From Acidobacteriota bacterium (GTDB lineage Bacteria; Acidobacteriota; Terriglobia; Terriglobales; Acidobacteriaceae), in NCBI GenBank assembly GCA_021793405.1, contig JAJYSV010000016.1, positions 5,184 to 69,183 of the forward strand: a stretch of 64,000 nt of DNA, given 5' to 3'. Below, piece by piece: positions 28,155-38,791 of the stretch. Under the pieces are notes generated by a model. The model made no database searches. It was given only the letters and a program-made list of their open reading frames with translations, and was not told the DNA's origin. The translations under genes were made by a program, and so were the position numbers. Within the stretch, counting starts at the first letter, position 1. Every line of letters begins with the position of its first letter.

Positions 28155-29519
28155 ATGTCCGACGCGCTATTGCTCCATCGCCTGCATTTCGCCTTTACGA
28201 TCACATATCATTACCTGTTTCCGCAGCTCACCATGGGCCTAGCGTTGCTGATCGTGATCCTCAAGACGATCGCTATCCGCAAGAATGATCCCGTGTACGA
28301 CGATGCAGCCCGCTTTTGGGCGCGCATCTTCGGCATCAATTTCATCATGGGCGTGGTCACTGGGATTCCAATGGAATTTCAGTTCGGCACCAACTGGGCC
28401 CAGTTTTCACGCATGACCGGAGGCGTGATCGGCCAGCCGCTGGCCATGGAAGGTGTCTTTTCCTTCTTTCTGGAGTCGGCATTTCTCGGACTGTTTCTCT
28501 ACGGAGAAAAGCGCCTGTCCCGGTGGCAGCATTGGACAGCGGCCTTTCTGGTATTTCTCGGCTCCTGGATCTCAGGATTTTTCATCATCGTCACCGATGC
28601 CTGGATGCAGCATCCGGTCGCCTATCGCGTGCTGGCCAACGGCACTTATGAAGTGACCAGCTTCTGGAAGCTGCTGCTGAATCACTGGGCGCTGCTGCAA
28701 TATGCCCACAATATGAGCGGGGCGGTCATTACGGGGGCTTTCGTCATGTGTTCCGTCGGCGCGTTTTACCTGCTGGAAAACAAATTCTCGGACTATGGCC
28801 GCGCTTTTCTACGCGTGGGCATCGTCGCAGGCGTGATTGCCTGCATCTTCCAGATCTTTCCCAGCGGAGATTTGCACGGAAAATACATGGCGCACCATCA
28901 GCCGGCAACCACCGCCGCGATGGAAGGGCTTTTCAATTCAGCGAAGGGCGCGCCCATGGTCTTGATGGGCCAGCCGAATGTCTCGCAGCAACAGATCGAC
29001 AATCCGCTTGTCGTCAACAAGGTGCTCAGCTTTTTGATCTATGGCACCACCACGGCGGAGGTGAAGGGTCTGAACAATTATCCCAGAGACGAGTGGCCGA
29101 CGAACATTCCCCTGCTGTTCTTCGCCTATCACATCATGGCCGGTCTGGGCACCTATTTCGTCGCCCTGATGGTGCTGGCCGTAGTATGGCTGTGGCGCGG
29201 GAAGTTGTTCCAGGCGAAGTGGCTGCTGTGGCCGCTGATGTTGAGCTTTCCACTGCCATACGTGGCCAATATTGCCGGCTGGATGACGGCCGAGGTGGGC
29301 AGGCAACCCTGGCTGGTGTACGGGCTGATGCGTACTACCCAGGGATATTCCCAGTATGTATCGGCAGGGAATGCTCTGTTTACTTTGCTCGGGTTCATGG
29401 GACTATACGCAATCCTGTCGATCCTGTTTGTCTTCCTGATTTATGCCGAACTCGCGCGTGGGCCGCAGCGCACCCCCGCGGCCGGCATCCATACTGGCGC
29501 ACCGGTCAGCGTTGCATAG
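28155..29519 (+). CDS. cydA: cytochrome bd ubiquinol oxidase subunit I
   Basis: Canonical N-terminus MSDALLLHRLHFAFTITYHYLFPQLTMGL. The track ORF starts 51 nt earlier, inside the palindrome. Confidence 0.9.
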   Translation: MSDALLLHRLHFAFTITYHYLFPQLTMGLALLIVILKTIAIRKNDPVYDDAARFWARIFGINFIMGVVTGIPMEFQFGTNWAQFSRMTGGVIGQPLAMEGVFSFFLESAFLGLFLYGEKRLSRWQHWTAAFLVFLGSWISGFFIIVTDAWMQHPVAYRVLANGTYEVTSFWKLLLNHWALLQYAHNMSGAVITGAFVMCSVGAFYLLENKFSDYGRAFLRVGIVAGVIACIFQIFPSGDLHGKYMAHHQPATTAAMEGLFNSAKGAPMVLMGQPNVSQQQIDNPLVVNKVLSFLIYGTTTAEVKGLNNYPRDEWPTNIPLLFFAYHIMAGLGTYFVALMVLAVVWLWRGKLFQAKWLLWPLMLSFPLPYVANIAGWMTAEVGRQPWLVYGLMRTTQGYSQYVSAGNALFTLLGFMGLYAILSILFVFLIYAELARGPQRTPAAGIHTGAPVSVA

Positions 29520-29541
29520 GCAATGTACAGGAGATACCGCG

Positions 29542-30588
29542 ATGGGCTTCATCTGGTTCTGGATTGTCGCATTGATGCTGGTGGCATATGTGGTTCTCGA
29601 TGGTTTCGATATTGGAGTGGGCATCGCGCATTTCCTGGTCGGTCGATCGCACCAGGATCGCGACACCATCCTGCGTACCATTGGTCCAGTTTGGGATGGC
29701 AATGAAGTCTGGCTCCTGGCGGGGGGCGGAACGCTGTATTTTGCCTTTCCTCTGCTCTACGCTTCTTCGTTCAGCGGATTTTATCTGCCCCTGATGATTG
29801 TGTTGTGGCTGCTGATCCTGCGCGGTATCGGCGTCGAGCTGCGGTCGCATTTCGGCACTGTGGTGTGGCGCGGGTTCTTCGATGGATCGTTTGCCATTTC
29901 CAGCATCCTGCTCGCGATTTTTCTTGGCGCCGCGTTGGCCAATGTCATCCGCGGAGTTCCTCTGAACGCTGATGGCTATTTCTTCGCTCCGTTGTGGACC
30001 AACTGGCGAGTGGGTCCGAATCCCGGTATCTTGGATTGGTACACAGTCATCGGCGGCCTGGTCGCGTTGGTCGCGCTCGGCATCCATGGCAGCCTGTATC
30101 TGGCGGTAAAAACCAGCACAGACTTGCAGGCGCGAGCGCGACAACTGGCGCAGCGCTCGTGGATCGTTCTGCTGTTGCTCACGATCATCAGCCTGACGGC
30201 CACCATGGTAGTTCGGCCCGCAGTCTTGCTGAGTTACTTTCATTATCCGGTTGCATTTCTCATTCCTGTGGGCGTGGTTGCCAGCCTATTCGGCATCTTG
30301 CTGTACTCGCGCAGTGCCAGAGATTTTCCGGCATTTCTGTGCTCCTGTTTCTATCTCGCGCTGATGCTGGCCGGGGCGGCTGTGGGTCTGTGTCCGGTCC
30401 TGCTGCCATCCAGCCGCAACGCGGCGCAAGACATCACCATCGCAAACTCGCTCGCCGGCCATCATGGGCTGGAGGTTGGGCTGGTCTGGTGGTCTTTCGG
30501 CATTCTACTGGCCATTGGATATTTTGTGTTTGTCTATCGCATGTTTCGAGGAAAAATTGTCTCGGCCACGGAAGTACATGGCGAATGA
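29542..30588 (+). CDS. cydB: cytochrome bd ubiquinol oxidase subunit II
   Basis: ATG 29542 after CAGGAG gives MGFIWFWIVALMLVAYVVLDGFDIGVG, typical of CydB. Confidence 0.9.
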   Translation: MGFIWFWIVALMLVAYVVLDGFDIGVGIAHFLVGRSHQDRDTILRTIGPVWDGNEVWLLAGGGTLYFAFPLLYASSFSGFYLPLMIVLWLLILRGIGVELRSHFGTVVWRGFFDGSFAISSILLAIFLGAALANVIRGVPLNADGYFFAPLWTNWRVGPNPGILDWYTVIGGLVALVALGIHGSLYLAVKTSTDLQARARQLAQRSWIVLLLLTIISLTATMVVRPAVLLSYFHYPVAFLIPVGVVASLFGILLYSRSARDFPAFLCSCFYLALMLAGAAVGLCPVLLPSSRNAAQDITIANSLAGHHGLEVGLVWWSFGILLAIGYFVFVYRMFRGKIVSATEVHGE

Positions 30589-30648
30589 AAAACGATGGAA
30601 TTGTTTCTATCGAATCAAGTTGTGGTGTATAGAAATCTTCCACAGCCT

Positions 30649-30701
30649 AACCTCCCATTTAGGCCGTCTAGTCTAGAGGAGTACCGCAACCATGGGAGGT
30701 T
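30649..30701 (+). promoter_or_regulatory. RBS-sequestering hairpin in front of xfp
   Basis: AACCTCCCAT (30649-30658) is the perfect complement of ATGGGAGGTT (30692-30701). The second arm contains the GGGAGG Shine-Dalgarno 4-9 nt before ATG 30705. Confidence 0.5.
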
Positions 30702-30704
30702 CTC

Positions 30705-33137
30705 ATGAACACTGACACCCGCATCGCTTCCCCGCGTCGCTCCGCCGCTGGTTCCAAAAGAGTTCCAGGTACCCATCCGCTTGCGGCGGATGAACTACGA
30801 AAGATGGATGCCTACTGGCATGCTTGCAATTACCTCTGCGCCGGTATGCTCTATCTGCGGCAGAATCCGCTGCTGAAAGAGCCGCTGAAGCCCGAGCATA
30901 TCAAGCAGCGGCTGCTCGGACATTGGGGATCGGACCCCGGCCAGACATTCACCTGGGTTCATCTGAACCGGCTCATCAAAAAATATGACTTGAACATGAT
31001 TTATATTTCCGGTCCAGGCCACGGCGCTCCCGCTACGCTGTCGAATGCCTATTTGGAGGGGACCTATTCTGAGGTCTATCCCGACAAGAGTCAGGATGAA
31101 GCGGGGCTGCGGAAATTTCTCAAGGAATTTTCCTTTCCCGGAGGAATCGGCAGCCATTGCACCCCGGAAACGCCAGGCTCGATTCATGAAGGCGGCGAAC
31201 TGGGCTATAGCATATCGCACGCATTTGGAGCCGTATTCGACAATCCCGATCTCATCGCCACCGTTGTGGTTGGAGATGGCGAAGCGGAAACCGGTCCTCT
31301 CGCCACATCGTGGCACTCCAACAAATTTCTCAATCCCATTCGTGACGGCGCGGTCCTGCCGATCCTTCACCTAAATGGATATAAAATCGCCAACCCTACG
31401 ATATTCGCCCGTATTTCCTCCGAGGAACTTGAAAAATTGTTCCAGGGCTATGGATGGACGCCGTATGTCGTCGAGGGTGACGATCCGCCAGTCATGCACC
31501 AGAAAATGGCTGCCACTTTGGAGCACTGCATTCGCGAGATCCGTTCCATCCAGCAACACGCTCGAAGCACGAATACGGTCGACCGCCCCCGATGGCCCAT
31601 GGTGATTCTAAAAAGCCCGAAGGGCTGGACTTGCCCGAAGGAACTGGACGGGCACAAACTGGAAGGATTCTGGCGGGCGCACCAGGTACCCATCCTTGAC
31701 GTCACCACCAATCCTGCCCATCTGCATGTGCTGGAAGACTGGCTGCGCAGTTACAAGCCCGAGGAATTGTTCGATGCGAGCGGTGCGCTGATCCCCGAAT
31801 TGAAGGAGTTGGCGCCCAAAGGCAATCGACGTTTGAGCGCCAACCCACATGCCAATGGTGGCGTGCTGCGAAAGGCGTTGAGATTGCCAGATTTTCGAGA
31901 CTTTGCGTTCCCGGTGACGCATCCGGGGACAACCGAAACGGGACCGACCGAGGTGCTCGCGCATTTTCTGGCGGAAACCATGCGCAGGAATATGAGCAGT
32001 TTTCGTGTCTTCGGCCCGGACGAAACCGCCTCCAACCGTCTCCAGGCAATCTATGAAGCTAGCAAGAAAACCTGGTTGGCAGAATTCAAGCCCGAGGACC
32101 AGGATGGCGGCGAGCTCTCTACCGATGGCCGTGTCATGGAGATGCTTAGCGAGCACACCTTGGAGGGATGGTTCGAAGGATATGTTCTGACCGGGCGGCA
32201 TGGTTTGTTCGCCTCGTATGAGGCCTTTGTCCACGTCATCGATTCCATGTTCAATCAGCATGCCAAATGGCTGGAGAAGTGCAAAACCGAAGTGAAATGG
32301 CGCGCCTCCATTTCTTCGCTGAACATCTTGATCACCTCGCTGGTCTGGCGGCAGGACCACAACGGTTTCACTCATCAGGATCCTGGATTTCTGGATATCG
32401 TCACCAATAAGAGCGCGGGGGTGACACGGATCTATCTGCCGCCCGACGCCAATTGTCTGTTGAGCGTTGGCGACCATTGCTTGCGCAGTACAAATTACGT
32501 CAATGTCATCGTGGCGGACAAACAACCTCACTTGCAGTACCTGAGCATTGAGGAAGCGGTGCGACATTGCACCAAGGGCATTGGCATCTGGAATTGGGCC
32601 AGTAACGACCAGGATGCTGAGCCCGATCTGGTCATGGCGACGGCCGGCGATATTGCCACCATGGAATCGCTCGCTGCCGTCGCAATTCTGCGCGAGCGTT
32701 TTCCTGAGCTAAAGATTCGTTTCGTGAATGTAGTCGATTTGTTTAAGCTCGAACCGGACACGGAACATCCTCACGGATTGTCGGACCGCGATTTCGACTC
32801 CCTGTTTACTCAGAACAAGCCGATTATCTTCAATTTTCACGGCTATCCATGGCTGATCCATAAGTTGACCTACCGACGGACCAACCATGAGAACCTGCAC
32901 GTGCGCGGCTACAAAGAAAAAGGAAACATCAACACGCCTCTCGAACTTGCCATTTTGAATCAGGTTGACCGGTTCAACCTCGCGATCGACGCGATTGACC
33001 GCGTGCCAAAACTGCACACCACCGGGGCCCACACCAAAGAGTGGCTGAAAGACCAGATCACCGACGCCGTTGCGTATGCCCATGAAAATGGGATCGACAG
33101 AAAGGAAATTCGAGAGTGGAAGTGGCCCTTGGGATGA
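30705..33137 (+). CDS. xfp: xylulose-5-phosphate/fructose-6-phosphate phosphoketolase
   Basis: 810 aa, phosphoketolase signatures ([24 protein letters not shown]). Confidence 0.9.
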   Translation: MNTDTRIASPRRSAAGSKRVPGTHPLAADELRKMDAYWHACNYLCAGMLYLRQNPLLKEPLKPEHIKQRLLGHWGSDPGQTFTWVHLNRLIKKYDLNMIYISGPGHGAPATLSNAYLEGTYSEVYPDKSQDEAGLRKFLKEFSFPGGIGSHCTPETPGSIHEGGELGYSISHAFGAVFDNPDLIATVVVGDGEAETGPLATSWHSNKFLNPIRDGAVLPILHLNGYKIANPTIFARISSEELEKLFQGYGWTPYVVEGDDPPVMHQKMAATLEHCIREIRSIQQHARSTNTVDRPRWPMVILKSPKGWTCPKELDGHKLEGFWRAHQVPILDVTTNPAHLHVLEDWLRSYKPEELFDASGALIPELKELAPKGNRRLSANPHANGGVLRKALRLPDFRDFAFPVTHPGTTETGPTEVLAHFLAETMRRNMSSFRVFGPDETASNRLQAIYEASKKTWLAEFKPEDQDGGELSTDGRVMEMLSEHTLEGWFEGYVLTGRHGLFASYEAFVHVIDSMFNQHAKWLEKCKTEVKWRASISSLNILITSLVWRQDHNGFTHQDPGFLDIVTNKSAGVTRIYLPPDANCLLSVGDHCLRSTNYVNVIVADKQPHLQYLSIEEAVRHCTKGIGIWNWASNDQDAEPDLVMATAGDIATMESLAAVAILRERFPELKIRFVNVVDLFKLEPDTEHPHGLSDRDFDSLFTQNKPIIFNFHGYPWLIHKLTYRRTNHENLHVRGYKEKGNINTPLELAILNQVDRFNLAIDAIDRVPKLHTTGAHTKEWLKDQITDAVAYAHENGIDRKEIREWKWPLG

Positions 33138-34387
33138 GAATGGACCTGCAGCACTTGCCAATCCTTGTTTTTAACGGCGGCTCATCGTCGATCAAATTTT
33201 CTATTTATATCGCAGACGGCACGGCGCTCAGCCTGCTGAACTATGGCGAGGCTGGCGGCATCGGCACGCCCAAGGCGCAGCTCCATTTTTATGCTTTTCA
33301 GGATGGAGAACGAGAAATTCTTCTATCTGAATCTGCGCCGTCGGAACTTCGCTCGACTCGCGATGCGGTGCGAAGGATTGCGGCTCTCCTGCAGCAACCG
33401 GGACTGACGCGTCCAGCCGCCATCGGCCATCGCATCGTCCACACTGGCCCGAAGTTGAACGCACATCAGCGGATTACAAAAGATGTATTGACCGAAATAG
33501 AGAACGCGACCTGCTTTGCCCCTCTGCATCAGCCCATCGGGCTCGAAATCATTCGGGAAGCGAAGGAGAGCTTTCCTGGCATCGACAATTACGCATGCTT
33601 CGACACGATCTTCGATCAAGACCTACCGGAGGTTGCATCGATTTATCCGCTGCCCAAGGAGATTCGCGACCGCGGCGTGCACCGCTATGGCTTTCACGGC
33701 CTGGCGTGCGAGTCGATCGTGCAACAATTTCAGGATGGAAGTGTCCCCGACCTGTTCCCATCGGCTCAGGTTCCAGACCGTCTGATTGATGCGCATCTGG
33801 GCAGTGGGGCCAGCGTTACGGCCATTTATCGTGGAAAAGCCATCGATGTCTCGATGGGGCTGACTCCTTGTGGCGGCATTCTCATGGGCACGCGCCCGGG
33901 AGATCTTGACCCAGGTCTGATCTTCTACCTGCTGCGCCTCCAGACGGGCAGCGCGGACAATGCAACCGACGCCGTAGAGCAAATGCTGAACAGGCATTCC
34001 GGCATGCTGGCCCTCTCTGGCCTCTCCAATGACATGCGCATCTTGCGCGAGGCCGCGAATCGCGGCAATTCCCAGGCCATGCTCGCCATTGACGCATTCG
34101 TTTTGTCTGCCAAGAAAATGATCGGCGGTTACATCGCTCTGCTGGGCGGTTTGGACGCCCTTGTCTTTTCCGGGGGCATCGGTGAACACGATCCAATCAC
34201 TCGTGCCCAGATTTGCGCTGGACTGGATGCGTTCGGCCTCGCTCTCAGTCTAGAGACCAACGCTGTCACGCAGTCAGGCCCGCAAAACATTAGCCGGCAA
34301 GGATCGAAGATTGCGGTCTATGTTCTACCGGCGGATGAAGATCGCGTAATCGCTGGCCACGTCGCGCGCCTGGCGCGCGAACGATAG
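33134..34387 (+). CDS. ackA: acetate kinase
   Basis: [17 protein letters not shown]-terminal motif. ATG 33134 overlaps the xfp stop (ATGA); ATG 33140 is the alternative. Confidence 0.9.
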   Translation: MRMDLQHLPILVFNGGSSSIKFSIYIADGTALSLLNYGEAGGIGTPKAQLHFYAFQDGEREILLSESAPSELRSTRDAVRRIAALLQQPGLTRPAAIGHRIVHTGPKLNAHQRITKDVLTEIENATCFAPLHQPIGLEIIREAKESFPGIDNYACFDTIFDQDLPEVASIYPLPKEIRDRGVHRYGFHGLACESIVQQFQDGSVPDLFPSAQVPDRLIDAHLGSGASVTAIYRGKAIDVSMGLTPCGGILMGTRPGDLDPGLIFYLLRLQTGSADNATDAVEQMLNRHSGMLALSGLSNDMRILREAANRGNSQAMLAIDAFVLSAKKMIGGYIALLGGLDALVFSGGIGEHDPITRAQICAGLDAFGLALSLETNAVTQSGPQNISRQGSKIAVYVLPADEDRVIAGHVARLARER

Positions 34388-34388
34388 A

Positions 34389-36152
34389 TTAGACCGTTCC
34401 CGAGGCATCCGAACTGCTCGATTGTCGCGCCCACAGGCTGGGATCGAGATGTGCAAACACACTGTCCTGAGTTTCTATTTTGCTCAGTTTTGCTTCGTCG
34501 TCGCTACTCAACATGCCCCCGCCGCAATGCAGTTGCCACATCATCTCGATCGTGCGGAAGGCAGCTAGATGCCCCTTGAAACGACCTTCGGCGTAGTCGC
34601 GCGCCGCTTCTGTCGTGATCAGGAACTGCCAGTCGGAAGATTCCAGCAGCAGCAATTCCCGGCACAACTGCTTCAGGATGCGTTCTCCCTGCGGACTCTC
34701 CTTCCATCGGTCCGAGCCGGCCGCATCGCGGACCGCGACTTCAGCTGGATATAGGTATCCCCATGTCCAGCGTGTATCGGGGTTCAGCCACGCTTCGCTG
34801 GTGCCATTTTTCCCCCACGAGCCTTCCGGCAACGCGAGAAAGGTGTCCGGCGGATATCGATCGAGATAGCTGGCGCCACTGGTCAACGCCACGGGAATGT
34901 CGGCCTTGGCCATGATGCGAGCCACGTGTTCCAGCCACATCGGCCCCTCGAACCACCAGTGGCCGAGCAGTTCCGCGTCGAATGGAGAGGTCAAAATCGA
35001 CGGGACCGGATCTTTGAATCCGGGTTTGAGTGAATCGACGACGAGATTGACAAAGTGTTCGGCGTGCGATTTAGTCCTCGCTGCTGCCTTCTCCGGGAAG
35101 TACGGCGTTTTATAGGCCATGTCGATCTTTGAACCCGTCACTTGCCAGTACCGATGGCCGCCCGGGAAGCGCTTCTTATGGAAATCAAGATAATTACCAT
35201 CGCCCGGATATCCCGCGTCTCCGCTCCACACTTGCAATCCGGTGCGGGGATCGCGTGGGAAAATCGTCACCGGCCTGCGGTGTGCGCGAGGTCCATCCAC
35301 ATAGTATGGCTTGTACAGAGAGTGATGGGGCTCGCAGGTCTCGACCGCCAGCGATGCGGCGACGCCAACCGCTCCACCCGCGCGCAGCTCATAAGGTGTG
35401 AATAACACGGACTCTTCCACCAGGTGAGTATCCACAAAGCAGTAATCGATCTTGGCATCTTCCAGCGGCTCTTCCACACCTTTGCGGTCAAATGAAGGCC
35501 AGGGCTCGCTGCTGCCGTGGGGAATAACCGGATAGCTCCACATTCCCGCCGGACGATAGGCGCATTCCGGCAGCCACATGCCGCGCGGATGTTTGCCGAT
35601 ATGCCGCTCATGTGTCGCCACGCCGGTCTGTACCTGGGCGCGGATCGACTCGTCGGTGCCCAGCAGAGGAAAATATCCATGTGTCGCGCCGCAGGTAAGA
35701 ATGTCCAGGAGTCCGCGGTCCGCCGCCTCGCGAAATCCGCGGACGATGTCTCCGCCCATCGATTGAAAGTCGTTCAGCGCCTCCTCGAAATAGCCGCGCC
35801 AGTAGCGGGCCGTTCCAGCCAGATGCGGTTCACCATTTTGATTGAAATAGGCCTCATCTTCATTCGCGGCCGTGATCTTGCGTTTCAGATATTTTGGAAA
35901 TTCCGTGCGAAAGACAGGGTGCGCCAGCTGCTCTAACAGAATCGGTGAGAGGTTCAGATTGGCCCGTAGCGCAATTCCATCCCTTTCCAGATTGCGTACG
36001 ACACGCAGCAATGGCAAATATGTCTCTGCGGCTGCCTCCAGCAACCACTCCAGGCCGTGCGGCCATGTGCCGTGATTCACCACATATGGCAAATGTGCGT
36101 GCAGAGTGATAGTCAGATAACCACCAGGACGTTGCTGCGGAGTATCGATCAT
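34389..36152 (-). CDS. glycoside hydrolase family 57 alpha-glucan branching enzyme-like protein
   Basis: 587 aa. The N-terminus LTITLHAHLPYVVNHGTWPHGLEWLLEAAAETYLPLL is typical of GH57 branching enzymes. Confidence 0.8.
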   Translation of the reverse strand: MIDTPQQRPGGYLTITLHAHLPYVVNHGTWPHGLEWLLEAAAETYLPLLRVVRNLERDGIALRANLNLSPILLEQLAHPVFRTEFPKYLKRKITAANEDEAYFNQNGEPHLAGTARYWRGYFEEALNDFQSMGGDIVRGFREAADRGLLDILTCGATHGYFPLLGTDESIRAQVQTGVATHERHIGKHPRGMWLPECAYRPAGMWSYPVIPHGSSEPWPSFDRKGVEEPLEDAKIDYCFVDTHLVEESVLFTPYELRAGGAVGVAASLAVETCEPHHSLYKPYYVDGPRAHRRPVTIFPRDPRTGLQVWSGDAGYPGDGNYLDFHKKRFPGGHRYWQVTGSKIDMAYKTPYFPEKAAARTKSHAEHFVNLVVDSLKPGFKDPVPSILTSPFDAELLGHWWFEGPMWLEHVARIMAKADIPVALTSGASYLDRYPPDTFLALPEGSWGKNGTSEAWLNPDTRWTWGYLYPAEVAVRDAAGSDRWKESPQGERILKQLCRELLLLESSDWQFLITTEAARDYAEGRFKGHLAAFRTIEMMWQLHCGGGMLSSDDEAKLSKIETQDSVFAHLDPSLWARQSSSSDASGTV

Positions 36153-36614
36153 GAATTCCCCTTGACGCTACATTTGGATGCAGATGTAGCGGCCTATCGA
36201 GAAAATTGCAATTTGATCGGCAGATCGTACCTCGGACTGCTGCCATCCGCACTGCATCCTGCGGGAGTCCCGCTCTTACTATATCCATCTCATCACAGGA
36301 ATTTCTGCTGAAGATCCAATCCCCATCAGAATTCAGTGAAAGACTTCCAACGGGAAGCGCCCCACGGAAATCTTCTGCAATAAGGGGGTCTTCGCCACTC
36401 CACATTACTGCCATAGGCAACTTCGACGGCAATTGCCTCGTCCACGTAGGGAGTGGCGTAATGCGCGATCATATCGATTCGGGATCCAACGGCCGTGCGA
36501 CGCGACCGTTGCCGTCTCGGTGACGTCCTTGTGGGAATCGCATTGCCGGGCCACTGGCCTTTTGCTACTATCCAGATGACCGCGTATATTCAAGCGCGCG
36601 AAGGAGATAACCAA

Positions 36615-36989
36615 ATGGCAGAGCAGGAAACGACAGGGATTGGCTGGTTTATCGCGGGCCTTGGTCTCGGCGCGTTACTTGGTGTACTATTTGCCCCCAA
36701 AGCAGGGCGTGAGCTGCGAGAAGGTCTGATTAGCGGCGCTAAAGACAGCAAGGAATACGTTACAGCCCGCAGTCGAGAGGCACGTGACCAGATCAATTCC
36801 GTGGTGGACCGCGGCCGCGAGCAAATGAATGACTTTGCCGAGCGTGGCAGGGACGTGGCTGAAAAGGGCCGCGAGCGCTGGAGCGGAATCGTGGACCGCG
36901 TTGCAGGCAACAAAATGGATGCCGAGCGCAATTCGGTCTCACAAGATGATGAAGAGTTTCGCGGCGGTGCAGCCGAAAATCGCTTTTAG
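36615..36989 (+). CDS. YtxH-domain protein (general-stress type)
   Basis: ATG 36615 after AAGGAG. Motif GWFIAGLGLGALLGVLFAPKAGRELRE is the YtxH signature. Confidence 0.7.
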   Translation: MAEQETTGIGWFIAGLGLGALLGVLFAPKAGRELREGLISGAKDSKEYVTARSREARDQINSVVDRGREQMNDFAERGRDVAEKGRERWSGIVDRVAGNKMDAERNSVSQDDEEFRGGAAENRF

Positions 36990-37162
36990 CGCATCTCAAC
37001 GGCAGGCTGCGGAGACGTCCTTGCCGGTTCATCCCAGCAGTCTGCTAGGACTGTATCCGCCTTCTCTTGCGTCAGGAATTTGGCTGTTCGCCAGCCTCAT
37101 TCGCTCGGCGGATCGAGGCGTACATGGTCTGCAAATGCAAAATTCGTAATTAGGGGGCCTTC

Positions 37163-37684
37163 ATGCCGACCGGATCCATGGTTTTTCTTGTGTTTACTGG
37201 AATGGTGACGTTTGCGGTGCTGTTGCAGACGATTATTTTGCTCGCGTTTGCAGTCACAGCCAAGGCCGCTCAACGCAAAATCATGGAGCAGGCCGATCGG
37301 CTGCAGGAGGAAGTGCATACCATAGTTGAGGCTTCCGCCAATCTGATGGAGACGGTCGAGGATATAGCGCCGCGTGTTCGCGCCATCACGGAAAATGTAC
37401 AAAAGGCAACTGAGACGCTGCGTCAGCAGGTGGACTACATCGATGGCGTGGTCAAAGACGTGACCGGCAAAACGCGTCACCAGGTTACTCGCATCGACGG
37501 TATGGTGACGGATACGCTCGACGGTGTTGCACGGGGTGCTCGTACCATTCAGGACAATGTGATGGCGCCGTTGCGGCAGATCGGTGGATGGATGAACACC
37601 ATCCGTACCACCTTGGACCTGTTGCGGGGAGGCGGAGAGCGTCGCACCGAACGCCGTAATACCCGCAGCTACGACGACATGTGA
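37163..37684 (+). CDS. membrane-anchored coiled-coil protein (DUF948-like)
   Basis: N-terminal TM helix followed by a long helical region. Sits next to the ytxH-like gene, as in ytxG/ytxH-type pairs. Family call tentative. Confidence 0.45.
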   Translation: MPTGSMVFLVFTGMVTFAVLLQTIILLAFAVTAKAAQRKIMEQADRLQEEVHTIVEASANLMETVEDIAPRVRAITENVQKATETLRQQVDYIDGVVKDVTGKTRHQVTRIDGMVTDTLDGVARGARTIQDNVMAPLRQIGGWMNTIRTTLDLLRGGGERRTERRNTRSYDDM

Positions 37685-37753
37685 GCCGAGCACTCGATCC
37701 GACGCGCATGTCAATGTATTTGGCGTGTTCGTGACATTCCCATCCTGTCCAGC

Positions 37754-38683
37754 TCATTTCAACAGGTTCTTGGCTAGGAACAGAACGTTCGCGGGGCGTT
37801 CCGCCAGACGACGCATAAAGTATGGATACCATTCCGTGCCGAACGGAACGTAGACGCGCATGCCATAGCCTTCCTTCACCAGCGAACTTTGCAGATCCCG
37901 CCTTACACCGTAGAGCATCTGAAATTCAAAGCTGCGCTTGTCGATGCCTTCTTCTTCGACAAATCTTTTCGTCGCGCGAATGATGGCTTCATCGTGCGTG
38001 GCCAGGCCATGATAGACGCCGCTGGTCAACAGAATCTTCATGAGTTTCACGTAGTTGGCATCCATATCCTTCTTGTCCGGGAACGCCAGGTTCGGCGGTT
38101 CCTTGTATGCCCCTTTGCAGAGCCGGATGCGAATGCCGTCCGCCAACAGCGTGTGAACATCATTCTCGCAGCGGTATAAATACGACTGCAACACGGTGCC
38201 GACGCGTCCGCGATGGTTTGGCATCGCATGCAGGTTGCGGGTCATCTCGATGGTTGTCTGCGTCCAGTCGCTGCCCTCCATATCCACGCGGAGAAAGCTA
38301 TCGGCGGCGGCCGCGTGGTCGACTAGGTCGCTGGTAATCTGGCGCGCAATCGACGGGCTGATGTTCATGCCCATCTGCGTCAACTTCACGCTCACGTTGG
38401 CCTGAAGGCCGCGCCGTTGGATCGCATCCAGCAATTGATGATAGATTTGGGCGGCGCGCTGCGCCTCCTCCGGGGTTGAAACATTCTCTCCGAGGCTGTC
38501 GAGTGAAACGGGAATCCCTTCCCGATTGAGTGTCTCGGCAACACGCAAAGCATCGGAGACCTGCAGGCCGGCAATGAAGCGCCCGGACATTTTTTGTCCC
38601 ATGCTGGAATGTTCCGCAAAGGCCCGCAACTGTTTGTTCTGCGACAGCGCAATGAACGCCGAGCGCAGGACGTTTGTCGTCAT
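37754..38683 (-). CDS. proline dehydrogenase (monofunctional PRODH)
   Basis: 309 aa, PRODH TIM-barrel-like sequence ending ...RRLAERPANVLFLAKNLL. Confidence 0.8.
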   Translation of the reverse strand: MTTNVLRSAFIALSQNKQLRAFAEHSSMGQKMSGRFIAGLQVSDALRVAETLNREGIPVSLDSLGENVSTPEEAQRAAQIYHQLLDAIQRRGLQANVSVKLTQMGMNISPSIARQITSDLVDHAAAADSFLRVDMEGSDWTQTTIEMTRNLHAMPNHRGRVGTVLQSYLYRCENDVHTLLADGIRIRLCKGAYKEPPNLAFPDKKDMDANYVKLMKILLTSGVYHGLATHDEAIIRATKRFVEEEGIDKRSFEFQMLYGVRRDLQSSLVKEGYGMRVYVPFGTEWYPYFMRRLAERPANVLFLAKNLLK

Positions 38684-38791
38684 CTCAAAAGCGCCTCAAG
38701 CAAACCTTTTATTGTGCCATACCGTCCGCATGAGACGAAGTACCGTGATTTCGGTTTGAGGGTTTAAAATTTCAAAATCGAGGAAACATTT

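Noticed and set aside
30595-30708. The 37-codon ORF after cydB as a CydX/CydS-type small oxidase subunit
   Set aside because: The peptide has no hydrophobic transmembrane stretch. It is kept only as a possible bridging or leader ORF in the xfp hairpin finding.
31608-32567. 319-aa minus-strand ORF inside xfp; similarly 52395-53321 inside the M61 peptidase and 43810-44685 across polX
   Set aside because: Shadow ORFs antisense to confidently assigned genes.
35860-36432. 190-aa minus-strand ORF starting in the 462-nt GH57/ytxH intergenic region, plus a 49-codon ORF (MIAHYATPYVDEAIAVEVAYGSN...) in another frame
   Set aside because: The long ORF would overlap the GH57 gene by about 290 nt out of frame, and it stays open only because of GC-rich sequence. 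The pieces look faintly protein-like and could be a decayed gene, but I cannot support a call.
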